DNA of 64,000 nucleotides, taken from positions 40,176,001 to 40,240,000 of the forward strand of contig JANJGN010000010.1 in assembly GCA_026770705.1 (NCBI GenBank), written 5' to 3'. The translations under genes and the position numbers were made by a program. Source of the DNA: Isurus oxyrinchus (taxonomy: Eukaryota). The notes beneath the pieces were generated by a model. That model was given only the letters and a program-made list of their open reading frames with translations. It was not told where the DNA came from and did no database searches. This document shows positions 42,801 to 57,800 of the stretch, one piece after another; the stretch's first letter is position 1; every line of letters starts with the position of its first letter.

Positions 42801-45800
42801 TACATGCCATTGTAAACTCATTGCATACAGGAGCTGAAACTACACTGGTAATGCAGTTCAATAATCATAAAAGAATACCTATGTATTTAGTTAAGCTTAA
42901 TGTGCCTTCATCTCAGGACAGATATTATTATTTCTCAGCTAAGTGCTGCATGAGGGGCCGTCAGAATAATGCAATTTTTCATCTCACAGTGAATAATGGT
43001 GCCTTGTAGGCTTCCCTCCTTTTCCAAAATATACATCAATCAATTTGCTTCAAATATTATTGGTAAAATTGTACAACATAGATTCGCATGCTAGCGACAT
43101 ATCTTTTTGGGTTCAAATCATTGTACCAAGAACGTACTTTAATGTAACGATACATCAATGAAGTTCTACGCTGTAAAATGGATCTATTTCTGAATTCTCT
43201 ATTTTGATCATTTTATCAAATATTATGACCAGTGTGAGAATTCAGCATTCCATCCAAAATGAGTTAGTTTTCAGACAAGATATCTGCTCAAGTCCTGGAC
43301 TGGAACATCAACACATATCCCCCTGACTGACAGAACAGGTTTCTGAATAATGGAGCTAATACTTCCTGGAATATGAGAAGGCACTTTGTGCTTTTGATTC
43401 TTTAGTGAAAAACAGTTCATATTTTCTCCATTGCAAAGAATACATCAGCCATTTCATTACAACTATAGCCTCCACCATCCATTGGAATCCCTTAGTATAT
43501 TTACTTTCTCAGTACTTCCACTAGCATGCCTTATTTCTGATGACTTCTCTACATCCCTTCTTTATTATGTGTTCTCTGTCCTTAACATAACATCAAGCCA
43601 AAGAAAGATATCTCAACTGGAGTATTTTCAATCCTTTCTGAGAAAGGAACCTCCACCCAATTAGACAAGCTGAATTTTTGCTCCTCAAGTCCAGTATTGA
43701 TGATGTGACAGAAGGAAAACAGAAAAGTGAATGCTAACTTTGTCTAAATAGACAAGTCCTGATCTGTTTCTAAGGATAGGGAATCTCCATTTGCACTAAT
43801 GGGGCAGACATTCCGTTTCTCCAATTCTGCATGAGTGATATCCACCTAGAGCTCGGCCAAGAACCTTCCTGTGGCACCTGATCACTCAGAGCATGATAGA
43901 GGGAGCCAAGAAAGCTTCCAAACAACAAGATTGTTCTGTTCACCTTTGCTTCTCATTTTGTTTAGTGTGTCAATCTTAAAAAAAACTGTTGGCCTGCATC
44001 ATCACTGAGCTAGGCCTACATCATCAATGAGATTACGCAAACTGCAGCATTCTCCTACATTCCACATCATCAATATATTGTATTTCTTTTTATTTGGTAA
44101 AATACTGCTTCGTCAGGGGAATCTTCCAAATGCACAACCATTGGGATGTAGATCAGGAGAAGCAGCAGGTAGAGGGGCACACCAACACATGCAACTTCCT
44201 CTCTAAGACTTACAAAATCCGGACTTGGAAATCGGTGTCAATCCTTCATGGGCACTGGGTTGAAAACCAGAAACTGCCTCCCGATCAGCTCTGTGGATGT
44301 ACCTACACCACACGGATTGCAGCAATTCCAGAACCAGCATTAGCATCATACCAAGGACAATTAATGATGCTAATAAATGTACGATCTGTCAAAATTACCC
44401 ACATCCCATCGGCAAATAAATGAAAGATTTGCGCAACTTACTATTTTCTTCATTCTTTTCACTGTCGGTTCCCTGTTCTTCATTTTTACCGTTAGGTTCA
44501 CTTTTAGCATTTGTAGAGTTTCCCTGCAAATCTACATGAACAAAAATATACATGCCATTGTAAACTCATTGCATACAGCCGCTGAAACTACACTGGTAAT
44601 GCAGTTCAATAATCATAAAAGAATACCTATGTATTTAGTTAAGCTTAATGTGCCTTCATCTCAGGACAGATATTATTATTTCTCAGCTAAGTGCTGCATG
44701 AGGGGCCGTCAGAATAATGCAATTTTTCATCTCACAGTGAATAATGGTGCCTTGTAGGCTTCCCTCCTTTTCCAAAATATACATCAATCAATTTGCTTCA
44801 AATATTATTGGTAAAATTGTACAACATAGATTCGCATGCTAGCGACATATCTTTTTGGGTTCAAATCATTGTACCAAGAACGTACTTTAATGTAACGATA
44901 CATCAATGAAGTTCTACGCTGTAAAATGGATCTATTTCTGAATTCTCTATTTTGATCATTTTATCAAATATTATGACCAGTGTGAGAATTCAGCATTCCA
45001 TCCAAAATGAGTTAGTTTTCAGACAAGATATCTGCTCAAGTCCTGGACTGGAACATCAACACATATCCCCCTGACTGACAGAACAGGTTTCTGAATAATG
45101 GAGCTAATACTTCCTGGAATATGAGAAGGCACTTTGTGCTTTTGATTCTTTAGTGAAAAACAGTTCATATTTTCTCCATTGCAAAGAATACATCAGCCAT
45201 TTCATTACAACTATAGCCTCCACCATCCATTGCAATCCCTTAGTATATTTACTTTCTCAGTACTTCCACTAGCATGCCTTATTTCTGATGACTTCTCTAC
45301 ATCCCTTCTTTATTATGTGTTCTCTGTCCTTAACATAACATCAAGCCAAAGAAAGATATCTCAACTGGAGTATTTTCAATCCTTTCTGAGAAAGGAACCT
45401 CCACCCAATTAGACAAGCTGAATTTGTGCTCCTCAAGTCCAGTATTGATGATGTGACAGAAGGAAAACAGAAAAGTGAATGCTAACTTTGTCTAAATAGA
45501 CAAGTCCTGATCTGTTTCTAAGGATAGGGAATCTCCATTTGCACTAATGGGGCAGACATTCCGTTGCTCCAATTCTGCATGAGTGATATCCACCTAGAGC
45601 TCGGCCAAGAACCTTCCTGTGGCACCTGATCACTCAGAGCATGATAGAGGGAGCCAAGAAAGCTTCCAAACAACAAGATTGTTCTGTTCACCTTTGCTTC
45701 TCATTTTGTTTAGTGTGTCAATCTTAAAAAAAACTGTTGGCCTGCATCATCACTGAGCTAGGCCTACATCATCAATGAGATTACGCAAACTGCAGCATTC

Positions 45801-48800
45801 TCCTACATTCCCCATCATCAATATATTGTATTTCTTTTTATTTGGTAAAATACTGCTTCGTCAGGGGAATCTTCCAAATGCACAACCATTGGGATGGAGA
45901 TCAGGAGAAGCAGCAGGTAGAGGGGCACACCAACACATGCAACTTCCTCTCTAAGACTTACAAAATCCGGACGTGGAAATATATGTCAATCCGTCATGGG
46001 CACTGAGTTGAAAACTGCCTCCCGATCAGCTCTGTGGATGTACCTACACCACACGGATTGCAGCAATTCCAGATCCAGCATTAGCATTATACCAAGGACA
46101 ATTAATGATGCTAATAAATGTACGATCTGTCAAAATTACCCACATCCCATCGGCAAATAAATGAAAGATTTGCGCAACTTACTATTTTCTTCATTCTTTT
46201 CACTGTCGGTTCCCTGTTCTTCATTTTTACTGTTAGGTTCACTTTTAGCATTTGTAGAGTTTCCCTGCAAATCTACATGAACAAAAATATACATGCCATT
46301 GTAAACTCATTGCATACAGGCGCTGAAACTACACTGGTAATGCAGTTCAATAATCATAAAAGAATACCTATGTATTTTGTTAAGCTTAATGTGCCTTCAT
46401 CTCAGGACAGATATTATTATTTCTCAGCTAAGTGCTGCATGAGGGGCCTTCAGAATAATGCAAAATTTCATCTCACAGTGAATAATAGTGCCTTGTAGGC
46501 TTCGCTCCTTTTCCTCAATATACATCAATCAATTAGCTTCAAATATTATTGGTAGAATTGTACAACATAGATTCGCATGCTAGCGACATATCTTTTTGGG
46601 TTCAAATCATTTTACCAAGAACGTACTTTAATGTAACGATACATCAATGAAGTTCTACGCTATAAAATGGATCTATTTCTGAATTCTCTATTTTGATCAT
46701 TTTATCAAATATTATGACCAGTGTGAGAATTCAGCATTCCATCCAAAATGAGTTAGTTTTCAGACAAGATATCTCCTCAAGTCCTGGACTGGAACATCAA
46801 CACATATCCCCCTGACTGACAGAACAGGTTTCTGAATAATGGAGCTAATACTTCCTGGAATATGAGAAGGCACTTTGTGCTTTTGATTCTTTAGTGAAAA
46901 ACAATTCATATTTTCTCCATTTCAAAGAATACATAAGCCATTTCATTACAACTATAGCCTCCACCATCCATTGCAATCCCTTAGTATATTTACTTTCTCA
47001 GTACTTCCACTAGCATGCCTTATTTCTGCTGACTTCTCTACATCCCTTCTTTATTATGTGTTCTCTGTACTTAACATAACATCAAGCAAAAGAAAGATAT
47101 CTCAACTGGAGTATTTTTAATCCTTTCTGAGAAAGGAACCTCCACCCAATTCGACAAGCTGTATTTTTGCTCCTCAAGTCCAGTATTGATGATGTGACAG
47201 AAGGAAAACAGAAAAGTGAATGCTAACTTTGTCTAAATAGACAAGTCCTGATCTGTTTCAAAGGATAGGGAATCTCCATTTGCACTAATGGGGCAGACAT
47301 TCCGTTGCTCCAATTCTGCATGAGTGATATCCACCTGGAGCTCGGCCAAGAACCTTCCTGTGGCACCTGATCACTCAGAGCATGATAGAGGGAGCCAAGA
47401 AAGCGTCCAAGCAACAAGATTGTTCTGTTCACCTTTGCTTCTCATTTTGTTTAGTGTGTCAATCTCAAAAAAACTGTTGGCCAACATCATCACTGAGCTC
47501 GGCCTACATCATCAATGAGATTTTGCAAACTGGAGCATTCTCCTACATTCCTCATCATCAATAAATTGTATTTCTATTTATTTGGTTAAATACTGCTTTG
47601 TCAGGGGAATCTTCCAAATACACAACCATTGGGATGTAGATCAGGATAAGCAGCAGGTAGAGGGGCACACCAACACATGCAACTTCCTCTCTAAGACTTA
47701 CAAAATCCGGACTTGGAAATATGTGTCAATCCTTCATGGGCACTGGGTTGAAAACCAGAAACTGCCTCCCGATTAGCTCTGTGGATGTACCTAGACCACA
47801 TGGATTGCAGCAATTCCAGAACCAGCATTAGCATCATACCATGGACAATTAATGATGCTAATAAATGTACGATCTGTCAAAATTACCCACATCCCATCAG
47901 CAAATAAGTGAAAGCTTTGCGCAACTTACTATTTTCTTCATTCTTTACACTGCCGGTTCCCTGTTCTTCATTTTTACTGTTAGGATCACTTTTAGCATTT
48001 GTAGAGTTCCCCTGCAAATCTACATGAACAAAAATATACATGCCATTGTAAACTCATTGCATACAGGTGCTGAAACTACACTGGTAATGCAGTTCAATAA
48101 TCATAAAAGAATACCTATGTATTTTGTTAAGCTTAATGTGCCTTCATCTCAGGACAGATATTATTATTTCTCAGCTAAGTGCTACATGAGGGGCCTTCAG
48201 AATAATGCAAAATTTCATCTCACAGTGAATAATAGTACCTTGTAGGCTTCCCTCCTTTTCCTCAATATACATCAATCAATTAGCTTCAAATATTATTGGT
48301 AGAATTGTACAACATATATTCGCATGCTAGCGACATATCTTTTTGGGTTCAAATCATTGTACCAAGAACGTACTTTAATGTAACGATACATCAATGAAGT
48401 TCTACGCTATAAAATGGATCTATTTCTGAATTCTCTATTTTGATCATTTTATCAAATATTATGACCAGTGTGAGAATTCAGCATTCCATCCAAAATGAGT
48501 TAGTTTTCAGACAAGATATCTCCTCAAGTCCTGGACTGGAACATCAACACATATCCCCCTGACTGACAGAACAGGTTTCTGAATAATGGAGCTAATACTT
48601 CCTGGAATATGAGAAGGCACTTTGTGCTTTTGATTCTTTAGTGAAAAACAATTCATATTTTCTCCATTTCAAAGAATACATAAGCCATTTCATTACAACT
48701 ATAGCCACCACCATCCATTGCAATCCCTTAGTACATTTACTTTCTCATTTCTTCCACTAGCATGCCTTATTTCTGCTGACTTCTTTACATCCCTTCTTTA

Positions 48801-51800
48801 TTATGTGTTCTCTGTCCTTAACATAACATCAAGCAAAAGAAAGATATCTCAACTGGAGTATTTTCAATCCTTTCTGAGAAAGGAACCTCCACCCAATTTG
48901 TCAAGCTGAATTTGTGCTCCTCAAGTCCAGTATTGATGATGTGACAGAAGGAAAACAGAAAAGTGAATGCTAACTTTGTCTAAAAAGACAAGTCCTGATC
49001 TGTTCCAAAGGATAGGGAATCTCCATTTGCACTAATGGGGCAGACATTCCGTTGCTCCAATTCTGCATGAGTGATATCCACCTAGAGCTCGGCCAAGAAC
49101 CTTCCTGTGGCACCTGATCACTCAGAGCATGATAGAGGGAGCCAAGAAAGCGTCCAAACAACAAGATTGTTCTGTTCACTTTTGCTTCTCATTCTGTTTA
49201 GTGTGTCAATCTTAAAAAAAACTGTTGGCCTACATCATCACTGAGCTAGGCCTACATCATCAATGAGATTTTGCTAACTGGAGCATTCTCCTACATTTCA
49301 CATCATCAATAAATTTTATTTCTTTTTATTTGGTTAAATACTGCTTCATCAGGGGAATCGTCCAAATGCACAACCATTGGGATGTAGATCAGGAGAAGCA
49401 GCAGGTAGAGGGGCACACCAACACATGCAACTTCCTCTCGAAGACTTACAAAATCCAGACTTGGAAATAGCTGTCAATCCTTCATGGGCACTGGGTTGAA
49501 AGCCAGAAACTGCCTCCCGATCAGCTCTGTGGATGTACCTACACCACACGGATTGCAGCAATTCCAGACCCAGCATTAGCATCATACCAAGGACAATTAA
49601 TGATGCTAATAAATGTACGATCTGTCAAAATTACCCACATCCCATCGGCAAATAAATGAAAGCTTTGCGCAACTTACTATTATCTTCATTCTTTTCACTG
49701 TCGGTTCCCTGTTCTTCATTTTCACTGTTAGGATCACTTTTAGCATTTGTAGAGTTTCCCTGCAAATCTACATGAACAAAAATATACATGCCATTGTAAA
49801 CTCATTGCATACAGGCGCTGAAACTACACTGGTAATGCAGTTCAATAATCATAAAAGAATACCTATGTATTTAGTTAAGCTTAATGTGCCTTCATCTCAG
49901 GACAGATATTATTATTTCTCAGCTAAGTGCTGCATGAGGGGCCTTCAGAATAATGCAAAATTTCATCTCGCAGTGAATAATACTGCGTTGTAGGCTTCCC
50001 TCCCTTTCCTCAATATACATCAATCAATTTGCTTCAAATATTATTGGTAAAATTGTACAACGTAGATTCACATGCCAGTGACATATCTTTTTGGGTTCAA
50101 ATCATTCTACCAAGAACGTACTTTAATGTAACGATACATCAATGAAGTTCTACGCTGAAAAATGGATCTATTTCTGAATTCTCTATTTTGATCATTTTAT
50201 CAAATATTATGACCAGTGTGAGAATTCAGCATTCCATCCAAAATGAGTTAGTTTTCAGACAAGATATCTCCTCAAGTCCTGGACTGGAACATCAACACAT
50301 ATCCCCCTGACTGACAGAACAGGTTTCTGAATAATGGAGCTAATACTTCCTGGAATATGAGAAGGCACTTTGTGCTTTTGATTCTTTAGTGAAAAACAAT
50401 TCATATTTTCTCCATTTCAAAGAATACATAAGCCATTTCATTACAACTATAGCCTCCACCATCCATTGCAATCCCTTAGTATATTTACTTTCTCAGTACT
50501 TCCACTAGCATGCCTTATTTCTGCTGACTTCTCTACATCCCTTCATTATTATGTGTTCTCTGTCCTTAACATAACATCAAGCAAAAGAAAGATATCTCAA
50601 CTGGCGTATTTTTAATCCTTTCTGAGAAAGGAACCTCCACCCAATTAGACAAGCTGAATTTTTGCTCCTCAAGTCCAGTATTGATGATGTGACAGAAGGA
50701 AAACAGAAAAGTGAATGCTAACTTTGTCTAAATAGACAAGTCCTGATCTGTTTCAAAGGAATCGGGAATCTCCATTTGCACTAATGGGGCAGACATTTCG
50801 TTGCTCCAATTCTGCATGAGTGATATCCACCTAGAGCTCGGCCAAGAAACTTCCTGTGGCACCTGATCACTCAGAGCATGATAGAGGGAGCCAAGAAAGC
50901 GTCCAAGCAACAAGATTGTTCTGTTCACCTTTGCTTCTCATTTTGTTTAGTGTGTCAATCTCAAAAAAAACTGTTGGCCAACATCATCACTGAGCTAGGC
51001 CTACATCATCAATGAGATTTTGCTAACTGGAGCATTCTCCTACATTCTCCATCATCAATAAATTGTATTTCTATTTATTTGGTTAAATACTGCTTCGTCA
51101 GTATTCGTCAGGGGAATCTTCCAAATACACAACCATTGGGATGTAGATCAGGAGAAGCAGCAGGTAGAGGGGCACACCAACACATGCAACTTCCTCTCTA
51201 AGACTTACAAAATCCGGACTTGGAAATATTTGTCAATCCTTCATGGGCACTGGGTTGAAAACCAGAAACTGCCTCCCGATCAGCTCTGTGGAGGTACCTA
51301 GACCACACGGATTGCAGCAATTCCAGAACCAGCATTAGCATCATACCAAGGACAATTAATGATGCTAATAAATGTACGATCTGTCAAAACTACCCACATC
51401 CGATCAGCAAATAAATGAAAGCTTTGCGCAACTTACTATTTTCTTCATTCTTTTCACTGTCGGTTCCCTGTTCTTCATTTTTACTGTTAGGATCACTTTT
51501 AGCATTTGTGGAGTTTCCCTGCAAATCTACATGAACAAAAATATACATGCCATTGTAAACTCATTGCATACAGGCGCTGAAACTACACTGGTAATGCAGT
51601 TCAATAATCATAAAAGAATACCTATGTATTTAGTTAAGCTTAATGTGCCTTCATCTCAGGACAGATATTATTATTTCTCAGCTAAGTGCTGCATGAGGAG
51701 CCTTCAGAATAATGCAAAATTTCATCTCGCAGTGAATAATAGTGCGTTGTAGGCTTCCCACCCTTTCCTCAATATACATCAATCAATTTGCTTCAAATAT

Positions 51801-54800
51801 TATTGGTAAAATTGTACAACGTAGATTCACATGCCAGTGACATATCTTTTTGGGTTCAAATCATTGTACCAAGAACGTACTTTAATGTAACGATACATCA
51901 ATGAAGTTCTACGCTGAGAAATGGATCTATTTCTGAATTCTCTATTTTGATCATTTTATCAAATATTATGACCAGTGTGAGAATTCAGCATTCCATCCAA
52001 AATGAGTTAGTTTTCAGACAAGATATCTCCTCAAGTCCTGGACTGGAACATCAACACATATCCCCCTGACTGACAGAACAGGTTTCTGAATAATGGAGCT
52101 AATACTTCCTGGAATATGAGAAGGCACTTTGTGCTTTTGATTCTTTAGTGAAAAACAATTCATATTTTCTCCATTTCAAGGAATACATCAGCCATTTCAT
52201 TACAACTATAGCCTCCACCATCCATTGCAATCCCTTAGTATATTTACTTTCACAGTACTTCCACTAGCATGCCTTATTTCTGATGACTTCTCTACATCCC
52301 TTCTTTATTATGTGTTCTCTGTCCTTAACATTACATCAAGCAAAAGAAAGATATCTCAACTGGAGTATTTTCAATCCTTTCTGAGAAAGGAAACTCCACC
52401 CAATTAGACAAGCTGAATTTTTGCTCCTCAAGTCCAGTATTGATAATGTGACAGAAGGAAAACAGAAAAGTGAATGCTAACTTTGTCTAAATAGACAAGT
52501 CCTGATCTGTTTCAAAGGATAGGGAATCTCCATTTGCACTAATGGGGCAGACGTTCCGTTGCTCCAATTCTGCATGAGTGATATCCACCTGGAGCTCGGC
52601 CAAGAACCTTCCTGTGGCACCTGATCACTCAGAGCATGATAGAGGGAGCCAAGAAAGCGTCCAAACAACAAGATTGTTCTGTTCACCTTTGCTTCTCATT
52701 TTGTTTAGTGTGTCAATCTCAAAAAAAACTGTTGGCCAACATCATCACTGAGCTAGGCCTACATCATCAATGAGATTTTGCTAACTGGAGCATTCTCCTA
52801 CATTCCCCATCATCAATAAATTGTATTTCTATTTATTTGGTTAAATACTGCTTCGTCAGGGGAATCTTCCAAATACACAACCATTGGGATGGAGATCAGG
52901 AGAAGCAGCAGGTAGAGGGGCACACCAACACATGCAACTTCCTCTCTAAGACTTACAAAATCCGGACTTGGAAATATGTGTCAATCCGTCATGGGCACTG
53001 GGTTGAAAACCAGAAACTGCCTCCCGATCAGCTCTGTGGATGTACCTAGACCACACGGATTGCAGCAATTCCAGAACCAGCATTAGCATCATACCAAGGA
53101 CAATTAATGATGCTAATAAATGTACGATCTGTCAAAATTATCCACATCCCATCGGCAAATGAATGAAAGCTTTGCGCAACTTACTATTTTCTTCATTCTT
53201 TACACCGTCGGTTCCCTGTTCTTCATTTTTACTGTTAGGATCACTTTTAGCATTTGTAGAGTTTCCCTGCAAATCTACATGAACAAAAATATACATGCCA
53301 TTGTAAACTCATTGCATACAGGCGCTGAAAATACATTGGTAATGCAGTTCAATAATCATAAAAGAATACCTATGTATTTAGTTAAGCTTAATGTGCCTTC
53401 TTCTCAGGACAGATATTATTATTTCTCAGCTAAGTGCTGCATGAGGGTCCTTCAGAATAATGCAAAATTTCATCTCGCAGTGAATAATAGTGCCTTGTAG
53501 GCTTCCCTCCTTTTCCTCAATATACATCAATCAATTAGCTTCAAATATTATTAGTAAAATTGTACAACATAGAATCACATGCGAGCGACATATCTTTTTG
53601 GGTTCAATCATTGTACCAAGAACGTACTTCAATGTAACGATACATCAATGAAGTTCTACGCTATAAAATGGATCTATTTCTGAATTCTCTATTTTGATCA
53701 TTTTATGAAATATTATGACCAGTGTGAGAATTCAGCATTCCATCCAAAATGAGTTAGTTTTCAGACAAGATATCTCCTCAAGTCCTGGACTGGAACATCA
53801 ACACATATCCCCCTGACTGACAGAACAGGTTTCTGAATAATGGAGCTAATACTTCCTGGAATATGAGAAGGCACTTTGTGCTTTTGATTCTTTAGTGAAA
53901 AACAATTCATATTTTCTCCATTTCAAAGAATACATCAGCCATTTCATTACAACTATAGCCACCACCATCCATTGCAATCCCTTAGTATATTTACCAACTC
54001 AGTACTTCCACTAACATGCCTTATTTCTGCTGACTTCTCTACATCCCTTCTTTATTATGTGTTCTCTGTCCTTAACATAACATCAAGCAAAAGAAAGATA
54101 TCTCAACTGGAGTATTTTCAATCCTTTCTGAGAAAGGAACCTCCACCCAATTAGGCAAGCTGAATTTTTGCTCCACAAGTCCAGTATTGATAATGTGACA
54201 GAAGGAAAACAGAAAAGTGAATGCTAACTTTGTCTAAATAGACAAGTCCTGATCTGTTCCAAAGGATAGGGAATCTCCATTTGCACTAATGGGGCAGACA
54301 TTCCGTTGCTCCAATTCTGCATGAGTGATATCCACCTAGAGCTCGGCCAAGAACCTTCCTGTGGCACCTGATCACTCAGAGCATGATAGAGGGAGCCAAG
54401 AAAGCGTCCAAACAACAAGATTGTTCTGTTCACCTTTGCTTCTCATTCTGTTTAGTGTGTCAATCTTAAAAAAAACTGTTGGCCTACATCATCACTGAGC
54501 TAGGCCAACATCATCAATGAGATTTTGCTAACTGGAGCATTCTCCTACATTCCACATCATCAATAAATTTCATTTCTTTTTACTTGGTTAAATACTGCTT
54601 CATCAGGGGAATCGTCCAAATACACAACCATTGGGATCTAGATCAGGAGAAGCAGCAGGTAGAGGGGCACACAAACACATGCAACTTCCTCTCTAAGACT
54701 TACAAAATCCGGACTTGGAAATATGTGTCAATCCTTCATGGGCACTGGGTTGAAAACCAGAAACTGCCTCCCGATCAGTTCTGTGGATGTACCTACACCA

Positions 54801-57800
54801 CACGGATTGCAGCAATTCCAGAACCAGCATTAGCATCATACCAAGGACAATTAATGATGCTAATAAATGTACGATCTGTCAAAATTACCCACATCCCATC
54901 GGCAAATAAATGAAAGCTTTGCGCAACTTACCATTTTCTTCATTGTTTACACCGTCCATTCCCTGTTCACGGTTTGCTGGTTTGTCATTATGAACCTCCA
55001 CCATTTCAGTCGTAGGTTCACTTTTATCATTTGAAGAGTTTCCCTTCGAAACTACATGAACAAAAATATACATGCCATTGTAAACTCATTGCATACTGGA
55101 TCTGAAACTAAACTGATAATGCATTTGAATAATCATAAAAGAATACCTGTGCTTTTAGTAAAGCTTAATTTTCCTTCACCTCAGGACAGATATTATTATT
55201 TCTCAGCTAAGTGCTGCATGAGGGACCTTCAGAATAATGCAAAATTTCATCTCACAGTGAATAATAGTTCCTTGTATGCTTCCCTCCCTTTCCTCAATAT
55301 ACATCAATCAATTAGCTTCAAGTATTATTGGTAAAATTGTACAACGTAGTTTCACATGCGGCCCAGGAACCTACTAGCAACATATCTTTTTGGGGTTAAA
55401 TCATTGTACAAAGAATGTACTTCAATGTAACGATACATCAGTGAAGTTCTATGCTGAAAAATGGATCTATTCCTGAATTCTACATTTTGATCATGCTATC
55501 AAATATTATGACAAATGTGTGAATTCATCATTTCATCCAAAATGAGTTAGGTTTCAGACAAGATATCAGCTCAAGTCCTGGACTGGAACATCAACATATT
55601 TCCCACAGACTGACAGACCAGGTTTCTGAATAATGGAGTTATTACTTCGATGAATATGACAAGGCATTTTGTGCTTTTGATGCTTCAGTGAAAAACAATT
55701 CATATTTTCTCCATTTCAAAGAGTACATAAGCCATTTCGTTACAACTATTGCCTCCACCATCCATTGCAATCCCTTAGTATATTTACTTTCTCAGTACTT
55801 CCACTAGCATGCCTTATTTCTGCTGACTTCTCTACATCCCTTCTTTATTATGTGTTCTCTGTCCTTAACATAACATCAAGCAAAAAATGATATCTCAACT
55901 GGATTATTTTTAATCCTTTCTGAGAAAGGAACCTCCACCCAATTAGACAAGCTGAATTTTTGCTCCTCAAGTCCAGTATTGATGATGTGACAGAAGGAAA
56001 ACAAAAAAGTGAATGCTAACTTTGTCTAAATAGACATGTCCTGATCTGTTTCAAGGGATAGGGAATCTCCATTTGCACTAATGGGGCAGACATTCCGTTG
56101 CTCCAATTCTGCATGAGTGATATCCACCTGGAGTTCGGCCAAGAACCTTCCTGTGGCAACTGATCACTCAGAGCATGATAGAGGGAGCCAAGAAAGCGTC
56201 CAAACAACAAGATTGTTCTGTTCACCTTTGCTTCTCATTTTGTTTAGTGTGTCAATCTCAAAAAAAACTGTTGGCCTACATCATCACTGAGCTAGGCCTA
56301 CATCATCAATGAGATTTTGCTAACTGGAGCATTCTCCTACATTCTCCATCATCAATAAATTGTATTTCTATTTATTTGGTTAAATACTGCTTCGTCAGTA
56401 TTCGTCAGGGGAATCTTCCAAATACACAACCATTGGGATCTAGATCAGGAGAAGCAGCAGGTAGAGGGGCACACCAACACATGCAACTTCCTCTCGAAGA
56501 CTTACAAAATCCGGACTTGGAAATATTTGTCAATCCTTCATGGGCACTGGGTTGAAAACCAGAAACTGCCTCCCGATCAGCTCTGTGGATGTACCTAGAC
56601 CACACGGATTGCAGCAATTCCAGAACCAGCATTAGCATCATACCAAGGACAATTAATGATGCTAATAAATGTACGATCTGTCAAAATTACCCACATCCCA
56701 TCGGCAAATAAATGAAAGATTTGCGCAACTTACTATTTTCTTCATTCTTTTCACTGTCGGTTCCCTGTTCTTCATTTTTACCGTTAGGTTCACTTTTAGC
56801 ATTTGTAGAGTTTCCCTGCAAATCTACATGAACAAAAATATACATGCCATTGTAAACTCATTGCATACAGCCGCTGAAACTACACTGGTAATGCAGTTCA
56901 ATAATCATAAAAGAATACCTATGTATTTAGTTAAGCTTAATGTTCCTTCATCTCAGGACAGATATTATTATTTCTCAGCTACGTGCTGCATGAGGGGCCT
57001 TCAGAATAATGCAAAATTTCATCTCGCAGTGAATAATAGTGCCTTGTAGGCTTCCCTCACTTTCCTCAATATACATCAATCAATTAGCTTCAAATATTAT
57101 TGGTAAAATTGTACAACGTAGATTCACATGCTAGTGACATATCTTTTTGGGTTTAAATCATTGTACCAAGAACATATTTTAATGTAACGATACATCAATG
57201 AAGTTCTACGCTGAAAAATGGATCTATTTCTGAATTCTCTAATTTGATCATTTTATCAAATATTATGACCAGTGTGAGAATTCAGCATTCCATCCAAAAT
57301 GAGTTAGTTTTCAGACAAGATATCTGCTCAAGTCCTGGACTGGAACATCAACACATATCCCCCTGACTGACAGAACAGGTTTCTGAATAATGGAGCTAAT
57401 ACTTCCTGGAATATGAGAAGGCACTTTGTGCTTTTAATTCTTTAGTGAAAAACAGTTCATATTTTCTCCATTGCAAAGAATACATCAGCCATTTCATTAC
57501 AACTATAGCCTCCACCATCCATTGGAATCCCTTAGTATATTTACTTTCTCAGTACTTCCACTAGCATGCCTTATTTCTGATGACTTCTCTACATCCCTTC
57601 TTTATTATGTGTTCTCTGTCCTTAACATAACATCAAGCCAAAGAAAGATATCTCAACTGGAGTATTTTCAATCCTTTCTGAGAAAGGAACCTCCACCCAA
57701 TTAGACAAGCTGAATTTTTGCTCCTCAAGTCCAGTATTGATGATGTGACAGAAGGAAAACAGAAAAGTGAATGCTAACTTTGTCTAAATAGACAAGTCCT

